A stretch of DNA of 64,000 nucleotides from an uncultured Actinomycetota bacterium (GTDB taxonomy: Bacteria > Actinomycetota > Actinomycetes > JACCUZ01), in contig CAVWQZ010000006.1 of NCBI GenBank assembly GCA_963757295.1, positions 142,390 to 206,389 on the forward strand, written 5' to 3'. The first letter of the stretch is position 1, and each line of letters begins with the position of its first letter. Shown piece after piece: positions 10,552 through 26,646 of the stretch. Below the pieces are notes generated by a model, which was not told the DNA's origin, made no database searches, and saw only the letters and a program-made list of their open reading frames with translations. The position numbers and the translations under genes are program-made.

Positions 10552-12543
10552 TCATGCGATCTGCAGCGGGTCGACCTGGACCCGCACCGAGCCGAGCTCC
10601 TTGCGGGCACTGCGGACACCCGCCGCCGCGTGCAGGGCCTCGGCCAGCGCCCGTCCCCCGGCGCGCGGCACCCGCACGATCATGCGCTCGAGCGGGCCGT
10701 CGTCGGTGTCCCGGCCGGGCGCGGCGACCGGGCCGAGGACCTCGGCACCGGGCGGCAGCTCGGTGATCTCGAGCAGCCGGGCCAGCGCCGGGCGCGCCCC
10801 CGTCAGCGAGGCCATCCGGGCCGCGGGCGGCAGCCGCGAGACCAGCCGGTCGGCGAGCTCGCGCTCGGCGAAGCCCTCCGGGTCCCAGCGCACCAGCGCC
10901 TGCACCGCGCGGCTGGCCGGGTCGGCCAGGACCACCACCAGCCCGCCCTCCCCGGCCGGCCGGACCAGGGCGGCGGCGGCCAGCCAGCGCCGCAGCGCCT
11001 CCTCGCCGGCGCGCAGGTCGGGACGGGTGAGCAGCGCCCACCCGTCGAGGAGCAGCGCCGCGGCGTAGCCGTCAGCGGCGACCGGCTCGGCACCGGGGGT
11101 CGCGATCACCAGCGCCGGCTCCGGACCGACGCCGGCGAGGACGCCGTCGCGCCCGGACGTGCGCACCGGCACCTGCGGGAACGCCCGGCCCAGCTCCTCG
11201 GCGGTGCGCCGGGCCCCGACGACGAGCGCGCGGGTGCGGGTGCCGCCGCAGGCGGCGCACTCCCAGCTGACGGCGCGGTGGCCGCACCAGGCGCACGCCG
11301 GGGTGCCCTGGTTCGCGGTCGTGGCCAACGGCCCCTGGCAGTCCCGGCAGCGCGCCGGCGTCCGGCAGTCGGCGCACGCCAGCGACGGCAGGTAGCCACC
11401 GCGGGGCACCTGCACCAGCACCGGCCCGCGGGTGAGCGCGTCCCGGGCCGTGCGCCAGGCCAGGCTCGGCAGCCGGGCGGTGCGGGCGGCCGGGTCGGCG
11501 GCCTGCTCGGCGTCGTCACCGGCGACCAGGACCCGTGGCGCTGCGCCGCGCAGCACGGCGCGGGTGGCCCGCACCGGGCGGGCCCAGCCGGTGCCGACCA
11601 GCTGGGCGGCTTCCGCCGTACGCGCGAAGCCCCCCACGAGCAGGCCGCAGCCCTCCCCCAGCGCGCGCAGGCCGAGCACCTCGCGGACGTGCGGGTAGGG
11701 CGCGTGCGGCTCGGAGTGCAGGTCGTCCCCGTCGTCCCAGACGACCACCAGCCCGAGGTCCTGCACGGGCGCGAACATCGCGGCGCGGGTGCCGACCACC
11801 GCGCGGGCCGACCCGCGGCGCACCGCGAGCCAGCGCCGGTAGCGCTCGGCCGGGCCGAGGTCGGCCGTCAGCACGACATGGCGCTCGCCGCCGAGGCGCG
11901 CGGTCAGGGCGTCGTCGACGCGGGCCACGTCACGCCCGTCGGGGAGCACCACCAGCGCCCCGCGCCCGCCGGCCAGGGTGGCGGTCACCGCGAGCGCCAC
12001 CGCGTCCGGCCAGTCGGGACCCGGCAGGGCGGTCCAGACGGCGCGCGGGGAGCGACCGGCGCCGAGCGCCGCGAGCAGGCCGGGGCCCTCGTCGTAGGAG
12101 TCCCACGGGCCGGCCGGCGGGACGGCCGGCGGCGGTGCAGGCGTGGGTGCGGTCGGCTGCGCCTCGACCCGGGCGTGCCGCGGCGGGATCGCCAGCCGCA
12201 GCACGTCGGACACCGTGCCCGCATAGCGGGCGGCCACCGCGCGGGCCAGGTCGAGGATCGCCGGGCTGAGCACCGGCTCGGGCGACACCACCTTGGCGAT
12301 GGCGGACAGGCGGCCGGGATGCTCCGAGGACGCCAGCCGCTCGGTGACGAAGCCGCCGACCAGCCGTCCGGCGAACCTGACCCGCACGCGAACGCCCGGC
12401 TGGGCGGCCTCGGCCAGCGCCGCCGGCACGAGGTAGTCGAACGGGCGGTCGAGGTGGGCCAGCGGCACGTCGAGCACCACGCGGGCGACCGGCAGGTCTG
12501 GCTCTGCCGCCGGGTGCGGGACTGGCTCGGTCACGCCGGTCAT
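10552..12543 (-). CDS. priA: Primosomal protein N' (PriA)
   Basis: VARVVLDVPLAHLDRPFDYLVP, Cys cluster CADCRTPARCRDCQGPLATT...CAWCGH...CAACGG. Conserved synteny priA-metK. Confidence 0.8.
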   Translation of the reverse strand: MTGVTEPVPHPAAEPDLPVARVVLDVPLAHLDRPFDYLVPAALAEAAQPGVRVRVRFAGRLVGGFVTERLASSEHPGRLSAIAKVVSPEPVLSPAILDLARAVAARYAGTVSDVLRLAIPPRHARVEAQPTAPTPAPPPAVPPAGPWDSYDEGPGLLAALGAGRSPRAVWTALPGPDWPDAVALAVTATLAGGRGALVVLPDGRDVARVDDALTARLGGERHVVLTADLGPAERYRRWLAVRRGSARAVVGTRAAMFAPVQDLGLVVVWDDGDDLHSEPHAPYPHVREVLGLRALGEGCGLLVGGFARTAEAAQLVGTGWARPVRATRAVLRGAAPRVLVAGDDAEQAADPAARTARLPSLAWRTARDALTRGPVLVQVPRGGYLPSLACADCRTPARCRDCQGPLATTANQGTPACAWCGHRAVSWECAACGGTRTRALVVGARRTAEELGRAFPQVPVRTSGRDGVLAGVGPEPALVIATPGAEPVAADGYAAALLLDGWALLTRPDLRAGEEALRRWLAAAALVRPAGEGGLVVVLADPASRAVQALVRWDPEGFAERELADRLVSRLPPAARMASLTGARPALARLLEITELPPGAEVLGPVAAPGRDTDDGPLERMIVRVPRAGGRALAEALHAAAGVRSARKELGSVRVQVDPLQIA

Positions 12544-12601
12544 CACACCAGACGGTACTGTCACCGGCGAGGTGCTCGCCCGGGCACTGCTCCGCGCGGG
12601 G

Positions 12602-13795
12602 TCAGGCGCCCGTGATGGCGCGCAGCGCGTCGACCCGGTCGGTGCGCTCCCAGGTGAAGTCCGCGAGCTCGCGGCCGAAGTGCCCGTAGGCGGCGGTCTG
12701 CGCGTAGATGGGCCGGAGCAGCTCGAGGTCGCGGATGATCGCGGCCGGGCGGAGGTCGAAGACCTCGCCGACGGCGTCCTGGATCTTCTCGACCGGAACC
12801 GTCTCGGTGCCGAAGGTCTCGACGAACAGCCCGACCGGGTGGGCCTTGCCGATCGCGTAGGCGACCTGCACCTCGCACCGCTCGGCCAGGCCGGCCGCGA
12901 CGACGTTCTTGGCGACCCAGCGCATGGCGTAGGCGGCGGACCGGTCGACCTTGGACGGGTCCTTGCCCGAGAACGCGCCACCACCGTGGCGGGCCATGCC
13001 GCCGTAGGTGTCGACGATGATCTTGCGCCCGGTCAGCCCGGCGTCGCCCATCGGGCCGCCGATCTCGAACCGGCCGGTCGGGTTGACCAGCAGCCGGTAG
13101 CCCGACGAGTCGATGGCGACCCCGTCGAGGATGGGCTTGACGACCTGCTCGGCGATGTCCGGCTCGAGCATCGACTCGAGGCCGATGTCGCTGGCGTGCT
13201 GGCTGGAGACCACCACGGTGTCCAGCCGGACCGGGCGGTCGCCGTCGTACTCGATCGTGACCTGGGTCTTGCCGTCGGGGCGCAGGTAGGGCACCGCGCC
13301 GTCCTTGCGGACCGCCGACAGCTGCTGGGCGAGCCGGTGGGCCAGCGAGATCGGCAGCGGCATCAGCTCGGGGGTGTCCTGGCAGGCGTAGCCGAACATC
13401 AGGCCCTGGTCGCCGGCGCCCTGGCGGTCCAGCGGGTCGCCGGAGTGGTCGTGGCGCTCCTCGTAGGCGTCGTCGACGCCCTGCGCGATGTCCGGCGACT
13501 GGTTGCCGATCGAGATCGAGACGCCGCAGGAGTGGCCGTCGAAGCCCTTGGCCGAGGAGTCGTAGCCGATCTCCAGGATCCGGTCCCGCACGATCGTGGG
13601 GATGTCGGCGTAGCCCTTGGTCGTCACCTCACCGGCGACGTGCACCTGGCCGGTCATGATCAGCGTCTCGACCGCGACGCGGCTGGTGGGGTCCTCGGCG
13701 AGCAGCGCGTCCAGGATCGAGTCACTGATCTGGTCGGCGATCTTGTCGGGGTGACCTTCGGTCACGGACTCCGAGGTGAACAGGCGGCGGGACAA
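12602..13795 (-). CDS. metK: S-adenosylmethionine synthetase
   Basis: [24 protein letters not shown]...[34 protein letters not shown]. Intact 397 aa. Confidence 0.95.
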   Translation of the reverse strand: MSRRLFTSESVTEGHPDKIADQISDSILDALLAEDPTSRVAVETLIMTGQVHVAGEVTTKGYADIPTIVRDRILEIGYDSSAKGFDGHSCGVSISIGNQSPDIAQGVDDAYEERHDHSGDPLDRQGAGDQGLMFGYACQDTPELMPLPISLAHRLAQQLSAVRKDGAVPYLRPDGKTQVTIEYDGDRPVRLDTVVVSSQHASDIGLESMLEPDIAEQVVKPILDGVAIDSSGYRLLVNPTGRFEIGGPMGDAGLTGRKIIVDTYGGMARHGGGAFSGKDPSKVDRSAAYAMRWVAKNVVAAGLAERCEVQVAYAIGKAHPVGLFVETFGTETVPVEKIQDAVGEVFDLRPAAIIRDLELLRPIYAQTAAYGHFGRELADFTWERTDRVDALRAITGA

Positions 13796-13861
13796 GGAGA
13801 TCTCCAGGGGTAAGCGAGGACAGGACGACCGCGGGGCGGTGCGGTCAGGCTGAGCGGGAGT

Positions 13862-15139
13862 CTACCGGTCGCCGTCGGCCCAGCGTCTCGCGACGTGGTC
13901 CCACACCACGTCGGCCAGCGCCTCCTTGGGCCCGGTGGGCACCTCGACCTCGGTCCCGTCGTTGCCGAGGATGACCGCGGCGTTGTCGGGTCGCTCGAAG
14001 CCCAGGTCGGTGCCCACCTCGTTGACGACGAGCAGGTCGCAGCCCTTGCTCGCGAGCTTCGCCCGGCCGTGGGTGAGCACGTCGCCGTCGTCGTCGCCGG
14101 TCTCGGCCGCGAAGCCGACGATGACCTGATCTGATCACCGGCCCACCTGGTCCGGCGCATGGGCGGTACGGCGGGTGCGGGCCAGCTCGGCCAGGATGTC
14201 GGGGTTGCGGACGAGGGCGACCGGCTCGGGCTCGGCGGCGGTCTTCTTGATCTTGGTGGACTGCGTCTCCGCGGGCCGGAAGTCGGCGACCGCCGCCGCC
14301 ATCACGACGGCGTCGGCTCCGGTTGCGGCGTCGAGGACGGCGGCCCGCAGGTCGGCCGCCGAGACGACCCGCACCACCTTCGCCCCGGCCGGGTCGGGCA
14401 GGGCGACGTTGGCCGAGACCAGCGTCACCTCGGCGCCGCGGGCCAGCGCGGTCGTGGCGAGGGCGTAGCCCTGGCGGCCGGACGAGCGGTTGCCGAGGAA
14501 GCGGACCGGGTCGAGGTGCTCGCGGGTGCCGCCCGCGGAGATCACGATGTGCCGGCCGGCCAGGTCGAGCCCGGAGCCCGAGCCCGCGAGGCCGGAGCCG
14601 GGACGGGCCAGCACCCGCACGCACGCCTGGAAGATCAGCTCGGGGTCGGGCAGGCGCCCGGGCCCGGTGTCGGCACCGGTGAGCCGCCCGACCGCCGGGT
14701 CGATGACGAGGGCGCCACGGCGGCGCAGGGTCGCGACGTTGTCGGCGGTGGCGGGGTGCAGCCACATCTCGGTGTGCATGGCGGGCGCGAACACCACCGG
14801 GCAGCGGGCCGTCAGCAGCGTGTTGGTGAGCAGGTCGTCAGCGAGGCCGTGGGCAGCCTTGGCGATCAGGTCGGCGGTGGCGGGTGCGACGACGACGAGG
14901 TCGGCGGCCTGGCCGATCCGCACGTGCGGCACCTCGTGGACGTCGTCCCAGACCTGGGTGCTGACGGGCTTGCCGGACAGCGCGGCCCAGGTGGGTGCGC
15001 CGACGAAGGCGAGCGCGGACTCGGTGGGCACCACCCGGACGTCGTAGCCGCTCTCGGTGAACAGCCGCAGCAGCTCGCAGGCCTTGTACGCCGCGATGCC
15101 CCCGGTCACGCCGAGAACGACGTTGGCGACGGGGGGCAT
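13862..15139 (-). CDS. coaBC: Bifunctional phosphopantothenoylcysteine decarboxylase / phosphopantothenate-cysteine ligase, interrupted by an in-frame TGA at 14135-14137
   Basis: N-part VVLGVTGGIAAYKACELLRLF...PAMHTEMW, C-part ...IVGFAAETGDDDGDVLTHGRAKLASKGCDLLVVNEVG in the same frame after the stop. Local reading APDQVGR*SDQVIVGF. Confidence 0.8.
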
Positions 15140-15164
15140 CGGCGCTCCGGTCAGACCGGGTCGA

Positions 15165-15431
15165 TCAGACCGGGTCGGTCTTCTCGGCGGTCAGCAGACC
15201 GCCGTTGATCTCGCGCATCGCGATGGACAGCGGCTTCTCGTGGACATGCGTCTCGACCAGCGGCCCGACGTACTCGAGCAGGCCCTCGCCCAGCTGGGAG
15301 TAGTAGGCGTTGATCTGGCGCGCGCGCTTGGCGGCGTAGATGACCAGGCTGTACTTCGAGTCGGTCGCCTCGAGCAGCTCGTCGATAGGCGGGTTCGTGA
15401 TGCCCTCGGGCGAGGCGATGGTGCCGGACAC
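15165..15431 (-). CDS. rpoZ: DNA-directed RNA polymerase subunit omega
   Basis: [35 protein letters not shown]. Confidence 0.9.
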   Translation of the reverse strand: MSGTIASPEGITNPPIDELLEATDSKYSLVIYAAKRARQINAYYSQLGEGLLEYVGPLVETHVHEKPLSIAMREINGGLLTAEKTDPV

Positions 15432-15453
15432 AGGCGGCCTTCCGGTTGACGAC

Positions 15454-16024
15454 TTAGGCGGAGATCACCATCAAGGCTAGCAGGGAATCGACCACATCCT
15501 GGACGCTCGTGTTCACCAGGGTCACGTCGAACTCCGCCTCCGCGGCCATCTCCTCCCGCGCCGTCGCGAGCCTGCGCTCGATGACGTCGTCCGGTTCGGT
15601 GCCCCGGCCGGTCAGCCGGCGCACCAGCTCGTCCCAGCTCGGCGGGGCGAGGAACACGAGCTGCGCGTCGGGCATCGCGGCCCGCACCTGTCGCGCTCCC
15701 TGCAGCTCGATCTCGAGGAGCACCGGTGCGCCGGCCGCGAGGTGCGTCGAGCACGGGCTTACGCGGCGTGCCGTAGCGGTGGCCGGCGAACTCGGCCCAC
15801 TCGAGCAGGCCGCCCTCGGCGATCAGCTGGGAGAACCGCTCCTCGCTGACGAAGTGGTAGTGGACGCCGTCGACCTCGCCGGGTCGGGGGAACCGCGTGG
15901 TGGCAGACACGGACACCCACAACTCGGGGTGGTGGTCGCGCAGCTCGCGCAACACGGTGCTCTTGCCGACGCCCGAGGGTCCGGACAGGACGGTCAGCCG
16001 CGGCCGAGTCGTCCCCGAGACCAT
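15454..16024 (-). CDS. gmk: Guanylate kinase; frame shift near 15740
   Basis: [22 protein letters not shown]...[23 protein letters not shown]-part [38 protein letters not shown] in ORF 15454..15723. Confidence 0.8.
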
Positions 16025-16344
16025 CAGGCGCTGCCGCCGAACTCCCGCTCGAGGGCGGCGAGCTGCTGCGCGCCGAGCCCGCGGACGCGACGGCTCTCCG
16101 AGATGCCGATCTCTTCCATGATCTTGCGGGCCCGCACCTTGCCCACACCGGGCAGCGCCTCGAGGACCGCGGACACCTTCATCTTGCCGACGATGTCGCT
16201 CTCCCGACCTTCCTTGAGCACCTCGCTCAGTGACGCACCGGCGTGCTTCAACCGGTTCTTCACCGCCGCCCGCTCCCGCCGCGCGATCGCAGCCTTCTCG
16301 AGGGCTGCTGTCCTTTGTTCGGGGGTCAGCGGGGGCAGAGCCAC
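16024..16344 (-). CDS. mihF: Integration host factor MihF (actinobacterial IHF)
   Basis: [43 protein letters not shown]...[30 protein letters not shown] overlap with the gmk start. Confidence 0.85.
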   Translation of the reverse strand: MALPPLTPEQRTAALEKAAIARRERAAVKNRLKHAGASLSEVLKEGRESDIVGKMKVSAVLEALPGVGKVRARKIMEEIGISESRRVRGLGAQQLAALEREFGGSA

Positions 16345-16462
16345 GGCAAGTCACCTCGGCGTAGGGAACGGGGTCTTGAGACGCCGTGAACCTAGCGACT
16401 GCAAGGCCCTTCAAGCAATGCGGGTGGCCGCGAAACGTCCGTTCGGACGATGCAGTCAGGAC

Positions 16463-17145
16463 CTACGGCGACAGCGACGCACCGATCATCCGGGCCGCGG
16501 CGGCGATGTCGGGCGCACCGGTGATCGGACGCCCGATCACGAGCAGGTCGGCACCGTCACGCGCCGCCTGCTCGGGGGTGGCCACTCTGGACTGGTCACC
16601 GCTGTCGGCACCGGCGGGTCGCACCCCCGGCGTGATCAGAGTGATGTCGGGGCCGACCTCACGTCGTACGGCGGCGACCTCGTTCGGCGAGCAGACGATG
16701 GCCCGCGCGCCGGCGGCGACCGCGAGCACCGACAGCCGGCAGGCGGCGTCCGTGGCCGGGCCGCGAAGGCCAACCGCATCGAGGTCCTCGCCGGACAGTG
16801 ACGTCAGCACCGTGACGGCCGTGATGCGCGAACCGGGAAGCGCGTCGGCGGCGGCGCGGATCATCGCGCCCCCACCGGTCGCATGCACGGTGAGGTAGTC
16901 GGGCCCGAGGTCGGCGACCGAGCGAGCCGCACCGGCAACGGTGTTGGGGATGTCGTGCAGCTTGAGGTCGAGGAACACCGCACGGCCGCCACTCGCCTCG
17001 CGGCACTTGAGCACCGCATCACTGCCGTGGCGCAGGTAGAGCTCGAGGCCGACCTTGACCGTGCTCACGTGCGGCCCGGCTGCAGCCGCCCAGGCGACGG
17101 CCTGCTCCAGGTCGCCGGTGTCCAGGGCGAGCGCGATCGCGGTCA
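16463..17145 (-). CDS. pyrF: Orotidine 5'-phosphate decarboxylase
   Basis: VTAIALALDTGDLEQAVAWA...VKVGLELYL...FLDLKLHDIPNTVAGAARSVADLGPDYLTVHATGG...LLVIGRPIT. GTGA overlap with the pyrD stop. Confidence 0.8.
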
Positions 17146-18124
17146 CGCGACCGCCCGGTGGGCGTAGCCGACGGCGTCGGAGAGCCGCTCGAAGCCGCGC
17201 TCGGCCAGCGCGTGGGCGAGCTCGCGCAGGACCCGCGGCGGCGCTCCGGGGTCGTTGAAGACCGCGGTCCCGACCGAGACCGCGGACGCGCCGGCCAGCA
17301 CCAGCTCGAGGGCGTCGAGTCCGGTGCGCACGCCTCCCATCCCGATGATCGGCACCTCCGGGAAGGGCCGCGTGCACCTGCCAGATGCAGCGGACGGCGA
17401 CCGGCCGGATCGCGGGGCCGGACAGCCCGCCCGTGACGCCGGCCAGCACCGGCCGCATCGTGGTGAGGTCGAGCGCCATCCCCAGCAGCGTGTTGATCAT
17501 CGACAGCCCGTCGGCTCCCGCGTCGACGCAGGACCGGGCCACCGACACGATGTCGGTCACGTCGGGTGAGAGCTTGGCGAACACCGGCACGGACGGCGCG
17601 GTCTGCGCGCGCACGGCCGACACGACGGCGGCGGCCGCGTCCGGGTCACAGGCGAAGACCAGGCCGCGGTCGGCGACGTTGGGACAGGAGATGTTCACCT
17701 CGAGGGCGGTCAGCCCGGGCGCTCCGCGCAGCCGCCGGGCCAGCTCGGCGTAGTCCTCGACGCTGCTGCCGGCGATCGAGACCACGGCCCGCGCGCCGTT
17801 CTCGGCCAGCCAGGGCAGGTCGTGCTCGAGGAAGGCGTCGATGCCCGGGCCCTGCAGGCCGATCGAGTTGAGCATCCCGCTGGGCGTCTCGGCCATCCGC
17901 GGGGTGGCCCGACCGGAGCGCGGCTCCCGCTGGATCGACTTGGTCACCACGCCGCCGATCACGCCGACGTCGAAGAACTGCGCCAGCTCACGGCCCGCGG
18001 CTGCGCAGCCGGACGCGGTCAGCACGGGGTTGGGCAGGGTCAGCTGCCCGAGCACCGTGGTCATGTCGCACGTCGGCTCGGGCGGCGCGGAGGGAGCGGG
18101 GACGGTGCGCACGCTGAACGTCAT
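17143..18124 (-). CDS. pyrD: Dihydroorotate dehydrogenase catalytic subunit (class 1B type); frame shift near 17350-17400
   Basis: LPNPVLTASGCAAAG...GGVVTKSIQREPRSGRATPRMAE...LNSIGLQGPG...ALEVNISCPNV, C-part PIIGMGGVRTGLDALELVLAGASAVSVGTAVFNDP in ORF 17143..17355. Confidence 0.7.
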
Positions 18125-18990
18125 CGGGCACCTGCCACGGGTGCGCCGTAGGTGCCGGCCGGGACGGTGCCGACCGCATCCCAGCGGACCCGGTCGCCCA
18201 GGAACACCGGGCCCTCGACGCAGGAGCGCACCATCCGGGTGACGCCGTCGTCGCCCTCGACCGGCAGCACGCAGGTCATGCACACGCCGATGCCGCACGC
18301 CATCGACTCCTCGACAGCGCACTGCGCCGGCAGGCCATGGTCGGTGGCGACCGCGGTGACCGCCGCGAGCATCCCCATCGGCCCGCAGGCGTAGACCACG
18401 TCGGTCTGGCTGCGCTGCAGGACAGCCGGGAGCACGTCGGTCACCACGCCACGTGTCCCGGCCGAGCCGTCGTCGGTGGTGACCGCCACCGAGGAGGCCA
18501 TCCGCTTGGCGTCCAGCGCACCGAAGAGCCGGTCCTGGGTGCCTGCGCCGAGCACGAAGTCGACCCGGCAGCCGCGGTTGAGCAGCTGCTCGGCAAGGGC
18601 GAACAACGGCGCGCTGCCGTAGCCGCCGCCGACGAGCGTGACGCTCGCCGGGCTGCTGCCGGCGCGCGGCAGGTTGAACGGCCGGCCCAGGGGCCCGACG
18701 ACGTCGACCGGCGTGTGCTGCGGCTGAGCGGCCAGCCACCGGGTGCCGGCGCCGATGGCGGCGAACACGATCTCGACGGTTCCGCCGTAGACGCCCCGGG
18801 TGCTGACGCGGTAGATCGAGAAGGCCCGGCGCAGGACCAGGGCGGTGTCGGGGCCGCCGACGGCCAGGGCGACGAACTGGCCCGGCCGGGTGTGCTCGGC
18901 GATGCCGGGCGCGACGAGCGCCATGTGGTGATAGGCACCCACCCTCCGGGTCGAGAGCACGGCGCCGCGCACCTGCACGGGCGGTGCCAT
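18121..18990 (-). CDS. pyrK: Dihydroorotate dehydrogenase electron-transfer subunit
   Basis: Flavin-binding domain RAFSIY, C-terminal 2Fe-2S Cys cluster CAVEESMACGIGVCMTCVLPV...RSCVEGPVF. ATGA overlap with pyrD. Confidence 0.75.
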   Translation of the reverse strand: MAPPVQVRGAVLSTRRVGAYHHMALVAPGIAEHTRPGQFVALAVGGPDTALVLRRAFSIYRVSTRGVYGGTVEIVFAAIGAGTRWLAAQPQHTPVDVVGPLGRPFNLPRAGSSPASVTLVGGGYGSAPLFALAEQLLNRGCRVDFVLGAGTQDRLFGALDAKRMASSVAVTTDDGSAGTRGVVTDVLPAVLQRSQTDVVYACGPMGMLAAVTAVATDHGLPAQCAVEESMACGIGVCMTCVLPVEGDDGVTRMVRSCVEGPVFLGDRVRWDAVGTVPAGTYGAPVAGAR

Positions 18991-19013
18991 CCGGGCCTCG
19001 CTGCGGGCTTCCG

Positions 19014-22309
<3,296 letters not shown>

Positions 22310-22310
<1 letters not shown>

Positions 22311-23404
22311 CAGCCGGCCCCCTCGATCAGGTCGCGGAACCGGTCGAACAGGTAGTCGGCATCGTGTGGCCCGGCCGCGGCCTCCGGGTGGTACTGCACG
22401 GACAGCGCCGGCACGTCGGAGCAGCGCAGCCCCTCGACGACCCCGTCGTTGAGGCAGATGTGGGAGACCTCGGCCGGCCCGTACGGCGTGTCGAACGGGC
22501 CGTCGGTCGGTGCGTCCACGGCGAACCCGTGGTTGTGGGCGGTCACCTCGACCCGGCCGGTCGCGCGGTCCTGCACCGGCTGGTTGATGCCGCGGTGGCC
22601 GTAGCGCAGCTTGTAGGTGCCCAGGCCCAGCGCGCGGCCGAGGATCTGGTTGCCGAAGCAGATGCCGAACAGCGGCAGCCCCCGGTCGAGGACCTCGCGG
22701 GTGAGCGCCACCGCGTGCTCGGCGGTCGCCGGGTCGCCCGGCCCGTTGGAGAGGAACACCCCGTCGCACCCGGTGGCGAGCACGTCTCCGAGGGTGGAGG
22801 TCGCCGGCAGCACGTGCACCTCGATGCCCCGCTCGGCCATCCGGACCGGGGTCATCCGCTTGATGCCGAGGTCGATGGCCGCGACGGAGAACCGCACGTC
22901 ACCCTGCGCGGGCACGACGTAGGGCTCGCTGGTCGTGACGTCGGCCGTGAGGTCGGCGCCCTCCATCGACGCCTCGGCGAGCACCCGCTCGTGCAGCGCC
23001 CGCGGGTCGGTCTCCAGCGACGAGACGCCGACGCGCATCGCGCCGCGCTCGCGCAGGTGCCGGGTCAGGGCGCGCGTGTCGATGCCGGCCACCCCGACGA
23101 CGCCGGAGTCGACGAGCTCGTCGTCGAGGTTGCGCCGGGACCGCCACGACGACGCGCGCGGCGACGGGTCGCGCACGACGAAGCCGCTCACCCAGATGCG
23201 GTCGGACTCGGCGTCCTCGTCGTTGACCCCGGTGTTGCCGATGTGCGGCGCGGTCATCACCACGACCTGCCGGTGGTAGGACGGGTCGGTCAGCGTCTCC
23301 TGGTAGCCGGTCATGCCGGTGCAGAAGACCGCCTCGCCGAAGGACTCCCCCGGCGCGCCGAAGGACGTGCCGCGGAACGTGCGCCCGTCCTCGAGCACCA
23401 GCAA
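22310..23404 (-). CDS. carA: Carbamoyl-phosphate synthase small subunit (glutamine amidotransferase)
   Basis: [16 protein letters not shown]...[17 protein letters not shown]...[16 protein letters not shown]...HNHGFAV. TGATG overlap with carB. Confidence 0.9.
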
Positions 23405-23491
23405 GCGCCGGTCACGAGCGACTTCCCCGAGATTGGATGCCTACCCGCGCGTGATCTTTGGCCCGTTGCGTATCCGATGTGGCGAAAGGGC

Positions 23492-24784
23492 TCATACGAG
23501 CTTGCCGTCGATGACGGTGGCCCGGCCGCGCAGGAACGTGGCGACGACAGAGCCGGGCAGGCTGCGCCCGGCGTACGGCGTGTTGCGGCTGCGCGACGCC
23601 AGCGCGAACGGGTCGACCGTGCGCCGCGCCGACGGGTCGAGCAGCACCAGGTTGGCGGCGGCGCCGGCCTCCAGCGGCTGCCCGTGGCCCTCGAGCCCGC
23701 CGATGCGGGCCGGGCGCACGGACATCCGGTCGGCGACCTCGGCCCAGTCGAGCAGGCCGGTGTCGACCATCGCCTCCTGCACGACCGAGAGCGCGGTCTC
23801 CAGGCCGAGCATGCCGGGCGCGGCCGCGGACCACTCGCAGTCCTTGTCCTCGGACGCGTGCGGCGCGTGGTCGGTGGCGACGGCGTCGATCGTGCCGTCG
23901 GCCAGCGCTGCGCGCAGGGCAGCGACGTCCTCGGGTGCGCGCAACGGCGGGTTGACCTTGAACGCCGGGTCGTAGCTGCGGGCCATCTCGTCGGTCAGCA
24001 GCAGGTGGTGGGGCGTCACCTCGGCGGTGACGTTCCAGCCCTTGGACTTGGCCCAGCGCAGGATCTCCACCGAGCCCGCAGTCGACACGTGGCAGACGTG
24101 CAGGCGGGAGCCGACGTGCGCCGCGAGCAGCACGTCGCGGGCGATGATCGCCTCCTCGGCGACCGCCGGCCAGCCCTGCAGGCCGAGCACCCCGGACAGC
24201 TCGCCCTCGTTCATCTGGGCGCCCTCGGTGAGGCGCGGCTCCTGCGCGTGCTGCGCGACGACGCCGCCGAACGCCTTGACGTATTCCAGCGCCCGCCGCA
24301 TCAGCACCGCGTCGGAGACGCAGTGCCCGTCGTCGGAGAAGACCCGCACCCGGGCTGCGGAGTCGGCCATCGCGCCGAGCTCGGCCAGCCGCTCACCGGC
24401 GATCCCGACGGTGACCGCCCCGACGGGTTGCACGTCGCAGTGACCCGCCTCGCGGCCGAGCCGCCACACCTGCTCGACCACCCCGGCGGTGTCGGCGACC
24501 GGGTCGGTGTTGGCCATCGCGTGCACGGCGGTGAAGCCGCCCAGCGCTGCCGCCGCCGTGCCGGTCTCGACGGTCTCGGCGTCCTCGCGGCCCGGCTCGC
24601 GCAGGTGGGTGTGCAGGTCGACCAGCCCGGGCAGCGCGACCAGACCGTCGGCGTCGATCGTCTCGGCGCCGGCCCGCGTCAGGTGCGGACCGACCTCGGC
24701 GAGGAAGCCGTCCTCGATGAGCAGGTCGCTCGCGGCACCGCCCAGCACGCGCGCGCCCTTGACGACGTACGACGTCGGCCGCGG

Positions 24785-24788
<4 letters not shown>
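23492..24788 (-). CDS. pyrC: Dihydroorotase; the first ~12 codons are out of frame with the rest (exact 7-nt tandem repeat ACGTCGTACGTCGT at the start)
   Basis: ATG MTAA.. then +1 frame [21 protein letters not shown]...[16 protein letters not shown]...[13 protein letters not shown]. Confidence 0.85.
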
Positions 24789-26415
<1,627 letters not shown>

Positions 26416-26547
26416 TTAAAGGAGCTCTGATGTGGTCTGTTCGGGTGGTGCTGGGCCGAACTGCGGTCACCGTAGCAGCGTGGGGGGACCAGCACTTGGA
26501 GCGAACCGCTTGACCGCGCCGATCACGCTCCGTAACGTGACACAGCG

Positions 26548-26560
26548 TAACCGCGATAGC
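26548..26560 (+). promoter_or_regulatory. Candidate BldD box (autoregulatory operator) about 90 nt upstream of bldD
   Basis: TGACACAGCGTAA fits the recalled Streptomyces BldD-box pattern TNAC-N5-GTNA. Flanked by the direct repeat CGTAAC...CGTAAC. Confidence 0.4.
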
Positions 26561-26646
26561 TAGTTGATCTCCGCCGTCCGCGAGGGCACACCGGGCATCG
26601 ACCGCGGTCGTCACATCCTGTGACTTGGGGGGAAGGGAAGGCTTCC

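Noticed and set aside
14135-14137. In-frame TGA in coaBC as selenocysteine or programmed readthrough
   Set aside because: No SECIS-like context, and CoaBC has no selenoprotein forms. The flanking CAGGT direct repeats point to an insertion artefact.
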